NCBI GenBank assembly: GCA_039028615.1
Contig: JBCCHT010000008.1
Location: 64,001 to 128,000 of the forward strand
DNA: 64,000 bases
Direction of reading: 5' to 3'
Origin: Myxococcota bacterium
GTDB taxonomy: Bacteria > Myxococcota_A > Polyangia > Nannocystales > Nannocystaceae
Shown: positions 9,567 through 18,430 of the stretch, piece by piece
Layout of the letters: each line of letters opens with the position of its first letter
How positions within the stretch are numbered: the stretch's first letter is position 1
Program-made: the position numbers and the translations under genes
Notes under the pieces: model-generated
Databases searched by the model: none
The model's input: only the letters and a program-made list of their open reading frames with translations
Told to the model about the DNA's origin: nothing

Positions 9567-10363
9567 GCCCATGCTCCTTTGCCTCGACGAGCCAGCGCGC
9601 CGAGGACCCCTCGCTCCGTGACGATCGCCTCGAGCCCCGCCACCACCGCGACGACGGCCGCCATCATCGACATCAGCTCGTGCACCGCGGGGTCGAACAG
9701 CTCGGGCGTACGCACCATCCACGGCGACGCGGACGCGGACGCGGAAAAGCGCCACATCATCAGCAGCGCCAACGCCAGCGCGCGAGCTTCCATGTAGCGC
9801 CCCCGATCCCGGCCCATGGTCAGCAGCGGCGCCCCCAGGTGGACGATGGCAAAGGCGGTGTAGGGACCGATCGAGTCCGGGTACACGTGGCCGTAGACGA
9901 AGGTGAGGTTCCAGATCGAGTAGCCCGCGATCCACAACCCCGACAGCTCGAAGCGCACGCCGTCGTCGGTCGCCTCGATCGCGCGCGGGCCCGGCAGAGC
10001 CACGAGCAAGCCCGCCGCGGCGAGCACGTTGAGCGTGAGACCCCAGTCGAGCGCCTCGGCCACCATCGCCTCGCCGATGTTGAGGACCAGGATCGCGACC
10101 AGCACCGGGCCGGCCGCGATCCGTCGTCGCACCTCGGGCATGCGCAAGGCCACCACCATGCCCGCGGCCAGACACACGGACGCCAGCTTGACCCACGAAA
10201 ACCAGGTGAAATCGGCGTCGCTCGTGCTCCACGGGCCGGCCGCGACCAGCGGGAGGCCCCACAACACCGCCAGGCCCCACCGCGGCGCAGACCGGCGAAG
10301 CGCCCAGCAACCGACGACGGTGAGCCCCGTCGCCGCCGCGATCCATGCAATCGTAGTCACCAT
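9563..10363 (-). CDS. multi-pass membrane protein, DUF5692-like
   Basis: About 7-8 TM segments; WFSWVK, LNIGEA, WIAGYSIWNLTFVY, YMEARA resemble DUF5692 as recalled. Confidence 0.7.
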   Translation of the reverse strand: MVTTIAWIAAATGLTVVGCWALRRSAPRWGLAVLWGLPLVAAGPWSTSDADFTWFSWVKLASVCLAAGMVVALRMPEVRRRIAAGPVLVAILVLNIGEAMVAEALDWGLTLNVLAAAGLLVALPGPRAIEATDDGVRFELSGLWIAGYSIWNLTFVYGHVYPDSIGPYTAFAIVHLGAPLLTMGRDRGRYMEARALALALLMMWRFSASASASPWMVRTPELFDPAVHELMSMMAAVVAVVAGLEAIVTERGVLGALARRGKGAWA

Positions 10364-10578
10364 TCGACCTCCGCCGAGGAGCCGAACCGAGACCCTTCAT
10401 GGGTTCCGGTGGCGGCTCGCCGACGTCCTGCGGATCACCATAGTCGGCGCGCCCGCGGACGGCCCCGTCCGATTGCGGTCAGTGGCTTCCCAGATCTGGT
10501 CGCGGCCGCCGTGGGGTCATCACGCGTCGAAGAACGACGTCAGACCCACACGGGCCGACGCGGGACCGAGCGCTCGCG

Positions 10579-11484
10579 CTACTTCGGCGAACTCAGGGTC
10601 GGGATCTCGGGCGGCGTCGTGCACCAACGATCGATGGCCCAGCGAACGTTGGGATCTTCGGCGAGCACCTCGGGCACGATGGTCCAAATCGCGATCTCGC
10701 CGCGAATCACGTCGTCCATGACCGGCCGCAGGCCGCCGGTGGGTTGGGCGACGTCGGGCACCTCGGCGTCGGGCAAGAACGCGATCGCATCCCCGTTGAG
10801 CGCCAGCCATCGCACGATGGCGATGTTGGCCGAGACCAGGCTCGGTCGCACGGTGAGACGGCGGCCGTCGGCCTGGGGCAGCGACTCGTCATCACCGACC
10901 TTGGGCACCCACAACGCGAGGTCGCGCTCGCACAGCTCTTCGATGGAACAAGGCGCACCGTGGCGCTCGAGGTAGCCCTCGGAGGCGAGCAGGCGCGTCT
11001 TCACCCGGCCGATCACGCGGCAGCGCCAAGGCCCCGGGGGCGGCCGTAGAGCGAACTGCAGCGCCAGATCGAACTCCTCCGGGTTGAGCTCGTCCAGGGC
11101 GCGATGAAAGCGAACGATGAGCTGCATCTGCGGCCGCTCTTCGCGAGCGATACCGTACCACGCCGCCACCATCTGAGGGGCGAAGCCGTGCGGGAGCAGC
11201 AGCCGCAGGCCACCCCCCGAGCGAGTCGCTCGCAGGCGAGCCGATTGCAGCAGGTTGCCGAACTCCGTGGTCAAGCCGGCCCCGCGCTCGGCCATGAGTC
11301 GACCCGCCGGAGTCAGCTCGGCGCCATCCCGACCCAGCTGGAGCAGCGGCGCCCCCACCAAGGCCTCGAGGCTGTCCAGACGACGCCGCACCGAGGTCCG
11401 CGGCACACCGAGCACCCGCGACGCGCCCGACAGCGAGCCCGTTCGGTGCACGGCGATCAACGTCTCGAGTGCGCTGAGGTCGAT
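10579..11484 (-). CDS. LysR-family transcriptional regulator, apparent ATC start
   Basis: (I)DLSALETLIAVHRTGSLSGASRVLG..VRRRLDSLEALVGAPLL..LTPAG HTH; substrate-binding domain (ASEGYLERHGAP). Confidence 0.88.
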   Translation of the reverse strand: MDLSALETLIAVHRTGSLSGASRVLGVPRTSVRRRLDSLEALVGAPLLQLGRDGAELTPAGRLMAERGAGLTTEFGNLLQSARLRATRSGGGLRLLLPHGFAPQMVAAWYGIAREERPQMQLIVRFHRALDELNPEEFDLALQFALRPPPGPWRCRVIGRVKTRLLASEGYLERHGAPCSIEELCERDLALWVPKVGDDESLPQADGRRLTVRPSLVSANIAIVRWLALNGDAIAFLPDAEVPDVAQPTGGLRPVMDDVIRGEIAIWTIVPEVLAEDPNVRWAIDRWCTTPPEIPTLSSPK

Positions 11485-11854
11485 GGCGTCCTCCTTCCAC
11501 GCTCATAGCACGTGAGCGGAAATCTCGATGGCACGGTCGATCGCGTTTCCGCGCGGCCAATCGCAAGCCACCCCCGCGGTCCATGACCAATGTTCCTTCG
11601 CTCCGCCGAGACGACCGACGACCCGAGCGACGACGCGTTGCCGCCTACGACGCCGAGCGGCGGTGACTCTTCGAGGCCCCCTGCGGAGTCTCGGACCGAG
11701 GCATCGACCGGGCGCTCGTACCAGCGACGGCGCGTCCCCCTATCCACCCAGCAAAATCAGGCACTTACAGCCCCTCGTCCGCCGATTCGAAAAAAATCGA
11801 CGACGACGCGGGACACTTCGGGGACCCACGGCAACGGGGGAATCGAACCAAACG

Positions 11855-14800
11855 ATGCCTTCTGTGCGCGACTCCGGTGTTCATCATTCCCAGCGGCAGC
11901 TCAGCGACGAGCTGCAGTGGCTGGGTGCGCTCGCGCGACGCGTGGCGCTCAACCGTGATGACGCCGACGACTTGGTGCAGGAGACATGGCTGGCCGCGGA
12001 GCAATCCACCGCCGAGCCCACGCGATCGAAACGAGCGTGGCTGGGCGGGGTGCTCCGCAATCGCGAACGCATGCGTCGGCGGGGTGCAGTCCGTCGGCGA
12101 CAACGTGAACAACGGGTCGCACCGGACGAGGTCGAGGCCTCGCCCGAGGTCGACGTTCACCGCCAGCAAGTGCTGACGGCCGTTCGCGAGGCGCTCGACG
12201 AGCTCGATGAAGGCGACCGGCAGCTGTTGCTGGCGCGCTACTGCGACGAACATGCAGCATCGACCTTGGCCGAGCGCCTGGGCATTCCGGCATCGACGGT
12301 TCGTTCCCGCCTGAGTCGCGCGACGGCTCGGGTGCGGCGGAGCTTGGACGAGCGCTGGGGAGGCGACCGCGGAGCATGGGCTCCCGCGGTGCTGGCCATT
12401 CCCCGTCCCGCGCCTCCGAAGAGCCCCGCCTCTCTCGGATGGAAGGCGCTGCTGGTGGCCGTCATGGGTAAGAAGATCATCGTTGGAGTCGTGGCAGTGC
12501 TCGTCGCTGCCCTGTGGTGGACGAGCTCGCGCAACGGCACGCCGACGGCGACCGCCTCGGCCACGTCCGATTCCGCGGCGGAACGCTCGGCCATCGCCGC
12601 GCGCATGCGGGACGCCCGAAACGACAACCCGCCCGACTCGAGCCCCGGCCGAGTGACGGGCCAGGTCATCGACGCGACCACCGAGCAACCCCTGGCCGGC
12701 TCGGTGATCTTGCTGGCTCCCGCCTCGGGCCCGATGGCCAAGCACCGCCACGGACTGAGCCTGGCCTCGGTGCCGCGGACCCGCACCAACGCCGACGGCG
12801 AGTTCACGATCGAAGACGTGCCCCCCGGGAGCTATCGCGTCACCGCGACCGCGCTGGGCTATCTGCCGGGACGACGCGGCCAGCTGGTGGTCCCTCCCGG
12901 AGCCGATGCCGCCACCACCGTGCTGAAGCTCAGCCCGGGCGGCAACTTGGTCGAGGGCACCATCTCGGACATCGGCGGAGGCCCGGTCGAGGGCGCCTTG
13001 GTGCGGGTGCAGAAGCAGGTCGGCGGGATGTCCCCATCCCCCACCAACCCCGCGGCGGCCTACGGCACCATGTCCGACGACGAAGGCCACTACCGGATGA
13101 CGGTCCCCGACGGCAACTGGAAGATCACCGCGGGCGGCCAGGACTACACCGAGAAGGACCGTCGCCTTCGGCTCGCCAAGGGGCCCGCACGCGCCGACTT
13201 CTCGCTCGTCCCGGGGGCCACGATCCACGGCCGGGTGCTGTCGCAGAGCACGGGACAGCCGGTCGCCAACGCGCGTGTCGGCTTCGACGTCTATGTCCGC
13301 CGCGGCAGCGGATACAGCTCCTACTCGGCCGATCCGCACGAATACGCGGTAACCGACGCCGAGGGCCGCTTCGAGCTGAGCCCGCTCGGACCCGGGGAAT
13401 ACACGCTCCAGGCCAACGCGGCCGGCCTCGCCACGTCGTCGCCCACGCTGGTGCTGGCCGCCCTCGCGGAGGAGATCACCGGGGTCGAGGTCTTGGTCGG
13501 CCCGGCCTTCGACGCCAGCGGCTTCGTCGTCGAGTCCGGCGAAGACCAGCGAGGCATCGGCGGCCTGGAGATCATGGCCATGGACTTCGACCGACGGCTC
13601 AAGCTCTTCGCCGTGAGCGAGCCCGACGGCTACTTCGAGTTCCGCGGCCTCCCGCCGGGGTCCTTCATGCTCGCGGTCTCGGGTCCCGGCGTGGTGCCGA
13701 GCCCCATGGGCAGCTCGATCGAGATCGAGGACCACGGCGTCGACGACCTGCTGGTCGAAATGGAACGAGGCCGAACGATCCGCGGCCGCGTCACGCCTCC
13801 CATCGCGGGGCGCGTACAGGTCCGCCAGCGCCAGTCGCAGGGCGGGTTCGAGATCATGATGAACGGCGCCAAGCTGACCAATGCCCGAACGGAGTTCGAC
13901 GACTCCGGTTCGTTCGTCATCGAGGGCGTGCCAACCGGCGAGTGGAAGCTCGTCGCCACGGGCGAGGACGGCAGCCAAGGGGAGCAAGAGTTCGAGCTCG
14001 ACGATGCTGATCTCGACGATGTCGTGATCTCGTTGTCGCCCCGCACCACGCTGCACGGGCACGTGCGGGACCAAGCCGATCACCCCGCCGCCGGGATGGT
14101 GGTCGAGCTGCAAAAGGGCGTGGACCCCTCGCGAGCGCCGGGCCACCTCAACCGGCCCCGTGCAGCATACACAGCCACCACGGCGGCCGACGGCTCCTTC
14201 GCCATGGTGGGGGTCGACGCGGACTCCTACGACCTCGTCGTTCGCACGGCGGCGGGCCAGCGCGGCGACATCGCCGAGGGCCCCCGCCAGATCACGACCC
14301 GCGACGGTGAGGACGTCGACGACCTCGCCCTGAGAGTCTCACTGCCGGCCGGGCGAGTGGCGGGCCACGTCCTCGGAGCCGACGGGCAGCCCGTGCCCGA
14401 CGCTTGGGTCACGCTGCGAGGCGAGAACGAGTCGACCCATGGCATCACCGATGCCGACGGCGCCTTCGAGTTCACCGAGCTCGCCGACGCCGACTACTCC
14501 GTGTACGCGCGGGGCCCCGATGCCAGCACCAAGGCTTCCGCGCAGGACGTCCGCATCGGCACCCCGGTCGAGCTGTCGCTCGAGGCGTTGGGGGAGATCC
14601 GCGGCGTCGTCACCCGCGGCGGCGAGCCGGTGCCCGAGTTCCACCTGCGTCCCATTCGGGGTCCTCGGGCCCGCAACATCTCCTCGCCAGACGGTTCCTT
14701 CGTGCTCTCTCGCGTCGAGCCGGGCACGCAGAAGCTCACCATCTCCACCGAGGACGGTTCGGCCTACGCCGAGGTCGAAGTCGAGCCGGGGGCCGAGGTC

Positions 14801-15472
14801 GAAGTCGAGCTCGCGATCGAGCCGTGGGGTTCGGTGGAGGGCACCGTCGTCTCGGCTACCGACGGCACGCCACTGGCCGGGCTCGCCTTCAGCGTGTGGA
14901 GCGACGGCGGTGAAAAGAAACGCAGCTCTCGCATGTTGTCGACGCTGATGGGAGGCGGTGGCTCCACCGTCACCGACGACGAGGGTCACTTCTCCATCGA
15001 GGGGCTGGGCGCAGGCGAGGTCACCCTTCGCTTCAAGCAGGGCAGCCGCTTCACCCGCCGTGCATCCATGGGACTGCACGAGTTCACCCTCGACGCGGGG
15101 AGCCACCGGGACCTGGGCACGATCACGCTGCTACCGAGCGTGGACCTGGAGTCGGGCGACGCGGGGCGCCTCGGGCTATCGGCGACCACCAAGCGACCCG
15201 AGACCGCGGGCACCGATGACGAGCCGAAATCCGCGGTGTGGATCTCGTGGATCGATCCCGCGGGCCCCGCCGCCACGGCCGGCCTGCAGGTGGGCGACCG
15301 CGTGCTGTCCGTCGATGGCATCGACGAGTCGAAGGTGGGTACGGAGACGCTCAGGCAGATGCTGACGGCCGGACGCATCAGGGCCGCCCAGCGCTACGTC
15401 CTACGCGTCGAACGAGACGGCGGACCCACCACGATCGCCATCGAGGCCGCCGCCGAGACGAAGAAGAAGTAG
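11855..15472 (+). CDS. ECF sigma factor fused to a TM helix, repeated carboxypeptidase-regulatory-like domains and a C-terminal PDZ
   Basis: DADDLVQETWL, LAERLGIPASTVRSRLSRA; TM IIVGVVAVLVAALWW; repeated G-x-V..TDxxGxF..PGxY units; GPAATAGLQVGDRVLSVDG. Confidence 0.88.
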   Translation: MPSVRDSGVHHSQRQLSDELQWLGALARRVALNRDDADDLVQETWLAAEQSTAEPTRSKRAWLGGVLRNRERMRRRGAVRRRQREQRVAPDEVEASPEVDVHRQQVLTAVREALDELDEGDRQLLLARYCDEHAASTLAERLGIPASTVRSRLSRATARVRRSLDERWGGDRGAWAPAVLAIPRPAPPKSPASLGWKALLVAVMGKKIIVGVVAVLVAALWWTSSRNGTPTATASATSDSAAERSAIAARMRDARNDNPPDSSPGRVTGQVIDATTEQPLAGSVILLAPASGPMAKHRHGLSLASVPRTRTNADGEFTIEDVPPGSYRVTATALGYLPGRRGQLVVPPGADAATTVLKLSPGGNLVEGTISDIGGGPVEGALVRVQKQVGGMSPSPTNPAAAYGTMSDDEGHYRMTVPDGNWKITAGGQDYTEKDRRLRLAKGPARADFSLVPGATIHGRVLSQSTGQPVANARVGFDVYVRRGSGYSSYSADPHEYAVTDAEGRFELSPLGPGEYTLQANAAGLATSSPTLVLAALAEEITGVEVLVGPAFDASGFVVESGEDQRGIGGLEIMAMDFDRRLKLFAVSEPDGYFEFRGLPPGSFMLAVSGPGVVPSPMGSSIEIEDHGVDDLLVEMERGRTIRGRVTPPIAGRVQVRQRQSQGGFEIMMNGAKLTNARTEFDDSGSFVIEGVPTGEWKLVATGEDGSQGEQEFELDDADLDDVVISLSPRTTLHGHVRDQADHPAAGMVVELQKGVDPSRAPGHLNRPRAAYTATTAADGSFAMVGVDADSYDLVVRTAAGQRGDIAEGPRQITTRDGEDVDDLALRVSLPAGRVAGHVLGADGQPVPDAWVTLRGENESTHGITDADGAFEFTELADADYSVYARGPDASTKASAQDVRIGTPVELSLEALGEIRGVVTRGGEPVPEFHLRPIRGPRARNISSPDGSFVLSRVEPGTQKLTISTEDGSAYAEVEVEPGAEVEVELAIEPWGSVEGTVVSATDGTPLAGLAFSVWSDGGEKKRSSRMLSTLMGGGGSTVTDDEGHFSIEGLGAGEVTLRFKQGSRFTRRASMGLHEFTLDAGSHRDLGTITLLPSVDLESGDAGRLGLSATTKRPETAGTDDEPKSAVWISWIDPAGPAATAGLQVGDRVLSVDGIDESKVGTETLRQMLTAGRIRAAQRYVLRVERDGGPTTIAIEAAAETKKK

Positions 15473-15491
15473 CCAGCCCCGGCCCCAATGC

Positions 15492-15528
15492 ACGAACGGC
15501 CGCGACCACCAGGGTCACGGCCGTTCGT
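15492..15528. terminator. stem-loop between convergent genes
   Basis: acgaacggccgcgacc / ggtcacggccgttcgt, 16-bp stem with one mismatch. Confidence 0.6.
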
Positions 15529-15546
15529 CGCGTTCCAGAGCACTCG

Positions 15547-17724
15547 TCAGTTCGTCACGATGTTGCCGGGCGCTCCGTCGCCACCGTCGTAGCCGTTGAA
15601 GAAGGTGTCGGAGACACCACCGCTGACGTCCAGGGTCGCTCCAGCCACGTCGGTCGCGGGCGAGTTCAGCAGGATGGTGCCTCCGGCTCCACCGCCACCC
15701 AGGCCGCCTGAGCAGGTCTCCGAGGGGCCGCCGTCGCCACCGCTGGCATCGATGACCCCGGTCACGACGATCGAGACGGTCGCATCGATGGCAACGGCTC
15801 CACCACCACCGCCGCCGCCCGTACCTTCGTCATCCGCGGGAGTGAGGCCACCACCGGGAGGAGAGTCTTTCTCGACTCCACCCCCGCCTCCGCCGCCACC
15901 ACCGATGAGCGGGGGAAGGCTCATGTGCGCTTCACCTCCGGCGCCTCCCATGGCGCCCGCGTTGCCTTCGCCCGGCTGGCCCGGGACGCTATGGCCACCG
16001 CCTCCGCCGCCCGCCACGGCATCACCCGTGCTCGTCACGGTCGAGGACACTCCGCCGCCCGCCGGAGCCATGCCCGGACCGTCGCCCGGCGAGCCGTCTT
16101 CGGTGCCCGAGCCGCCGAAGCCCGCCCCGTCTCCACCGTCGAACCCACCGGGGCCACCGATGCCTCCCGCGCCCGCGGTATCGCAGGTGGTGACCATCGT
16201 GGTGCCCGTTTGCCCGTCGCCACCCGAGACATCCAACGTGCCGGAGATGTCCACCATGCCATCGACCAGGATCGTCAACGGATTGGAACCGGTGACCACC
16301 AGCGTCCCGGACAGCTCGAGCCCGGTCAGCGCCCAGATCGACAGCGCGGGGTTCCAGCTGACCTGCGGCACGCCGTCGAGCTCTCCCGTGTCCGTATCGA
16401 AGGTGTGGGACAGGTCCAGCACCAGGTCGGGCGCGGGCTGGCACAGGTTGCTGCAGAAATCGAACCCGATGTCGTTGCCGTCGTCGCAGGCTTCCATCGC
16501 CGTCGGGTTGAGCGTGCCGTCGCCGCACAACGCCGCCGTACAGTCGGCGTCGCAGTCCTGAGTCTCGCCCGCCTCGTCGCACTCCTCCAACGCGGTCATG
16601 TTCACGATGCCGTCGCCGCAATCCGCGGGCGTGCAGTCGATGTCGCAGATCGCCGACTCTCCACCATCGTCGCAGAGCTCCAGCGCGGTCGCGTTGATCT
16701 GACCGTCGCCGCAGACCGCCGTCGAGCAGTCGATGTCGCAGCCCGCCGACTCACCGCCGTCGTCGCACTGCTCCAGAGCGGTCGCGTTCACCACCCCGTC
16801 GCCGCATACGGCCGGCGTGCAGTCGATGTCGCATGCCGCCGATTCGCCCGCGTCGTCGCAGACCTCCGACGCGGTCACGTTCACGATCCCATCGCCGCAC
16901 TGCGCCGTCGTGCAGTTGGCGTTGCACGTCGCCGACTCGCCCACGTCGTCGCAGTCCTCCATCGCGGTGACGTTCACCACCCCATCGCCGCACATCGCCG
17001 ACGTGCAGTCGTCGTTGCATGCCGCCGACCGGCCACCGTCGTCGCAGACCTCCATCGCCGCCCGGTTCACGATGCCGTCGCCGCACATCGCCGCCGTGCA
17101 ATCGTCGTTGCACGCCGCCGACTCACCGCCGTCGTCGCAAGCCTCCATCGCGGTGGCATTGACCACCCCGTCCCCGCACATCGCCGTCGTGCAGTCGTCG
17201 TTGCAGGTCGCCGACTCACCACCGTCGTCGCAGACCTCCATCGCGGTCGCGTTCACCATCCCGTCCCCGCACATCGCCGTCGTGCAGTCGTCGTTGCAGG
17301 TCTCCGACTCGCCTTCGTCGTCGCAATCTTCCGAGGCGGTCACGTTCACCACCCCGTCCCCGCACATCGCCGTCGTGCAGTCGTCATTGCAGGTCTCCGA
17401 CTCGCCCGCGTCGTCACAGTCCTCGGCGTCTTCGACCACCCCGTTGCCGCACTCGGCGATGGTGTCCGCGGTGCTGCTTCCCATGGGGTCGTCGGTGGTT
17501 CCCGCCGTGGTGCCCGACGTCGTTCCGTCGGCGCTCCCCGCCGTGGTGTCGGCGGACCCCTCCGTATCCGACGTCGGATCCGGCGTCACCGAGCCCGTGT
17601 CCGTGCCCGTCGTCGAATCGCCCTCGCTGTCGGTCGTGACCGTGGGGACATCGTCTGCGGGGCAGCCGATCAACAGGCTCGCCGCGCTCGTGACCAACAA
17701 GATGTTTCCAATCCGAAATGCCAA
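15547..17724 (-). CDS. lipoprotein with 11 myxobacterial Cys-rich (DUF4215-like) repeats and Gly-rich C-terminal domain
   Basis: GAGGAAGGG SD then TTG at 17724; LLIGC lipobox; CGDG..ExCDD..CxxxC units. Confidence 0.85.
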   Translation of the reverse strand: MAFRIGNILLVTSAASLLIGCPADDVPTVTTDSEGDSTTGTDTGSVTPDPTSDTEGSADTTAGSADGTTSGTTAGTTDDPMGSSTADTIAECGNGVVEDAEDCDDAGESETCNDDCTTAMCGDGVVNVTASEDCDDEGESETCNDDCTTAMCGDGMVNATAMEVCDDGGESATCNDDCTTAMCGDGVVNATAMEACDDGGESAACNDDCTAAMCGDGIVNRAAMEVCDDGGRSAACNDDCTSAMCGDGVVNVTAMEDCDDVGESATCNANCTTAQCGDGIVNVTASEVCDDAGESAACDIDCTPAVCGDGVVNATALEQCDDGGESAGCDIDCSTAVCGDGQINATALELCDDGGESAICDIDCTPADCGDGIVNMTALEECDEAGETQDCDADCTAALCGDGTLNPTAMEACDDGNDIGFDFCSNLCQPAPDLVLDLSHTFDTDTGELDGVPQVSWNPALSIWALTGLELSGTLVVTGSNPLTILVDGMVDISGTLDVSGGDGQTGTTMVTTCDTAGAGGIGGPGGFDGGDGAGFGGSGTEDGSPGDGPGMAPAGGGVSSTVTSTGDAVAGGGGGGHSVPGQPGEGNAGAMGGAGGEAHMSLPPLIGGGGGGGGGVEKDSPPGGGLTPADDEGTGGGGGGGAVAIDATVSIVVTGVIDASGGDGGPSETCSGGLGGGGAGGTILLNSPATDVAGATLDVSGGVSDTFFNGYDGGDGAPGNIVTN
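16435..17451 (-). repeat. 11 tandem ~31-aa (93-bp) Cys-rich repeats
   Basis: Consensus like CGDGVVNxTAxExCDDGGESAxCxxDCTxAx. Confidence 0.9.
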
Positions 17725-18125
17725 GTGTTTTCCCTTCCTCGTCTTACGTTCCCACCGGTGGGACACGCTCCATGGTGCGGTCCCGCCGACGAACCCGAGC
17801 CGATCGTATCGAGACGAGCGCAGCGACGACATCGGGCACTCCACTAGCCCGAGCATTGGTGTGCCCTACGACGACATCCAGCTCGAGCGCCGATGAAATT
17901 GGTAACGCGATCGCACGACGCCGAGAACACGACGCTCCCACACGATTTCACCCCACGACGGGTCGCGAACTCGACGCGAGCGATTGAACTTCGTTCGCGA
18001 ATCGAGCCCACTCGAAAGCACTTGAAAGATCGAACGAGACTGAAAGAGCACGCGTCCAATCGAGAGGCTGGTGCCGTTTTGGAGCCTTGTGGGCGACTGA
18101 CCGTTCGCGTAATTCAGAGAGTCCG

Positions 18126-18359
18126 ATGCAAGAGATCCTCTCCTACAAGGTCACCTGGCGAGCGGCCGACGACACCGGCATGCTCCACCTCGCGATGAAA
18201 GACGGCACCGCGGTCTCGATCCCGGTCGACTCGCCCTCCGAAATGTCGCTGTTGATCGATCTCGTTCGCAACGAGAGCCCGGTGTTCTACAACGCCAAGC
18301 ACGGCCTACTCTGCACGGGTATGGAAGCGGTGGGCGAAGGGGAAAAGGCCGCGGAGTAA
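18126..18359 (+). CDS. small hypothetical protein
   Basis: 77 aa, host-like codon usage, C-terminal LVRNESPVFY..TGMEAVGEGE. Confidence 0.7.
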   Translation: MQEILSYKVTWRAADDTGMLHLAMKDGTAVSIPVDSPSEMSLLIDLVRNESPVFYNAKHGLLCTGMEAVGEGEKAAE

Positions 18360-18430
18360 CGCGGGGATCTCTGTGCTTCGAAAGGTCGACGGCGCGACGG
18401 ATCACTCCGCCACGCCGCTCGACTCGTGAC

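Noticed and set aside
16435..17451. Regular ~93-bp periodicity as a CRISPR array
   Set aside because: The units are in-frame coding repeats without unique spacers, and no cas genes are present.
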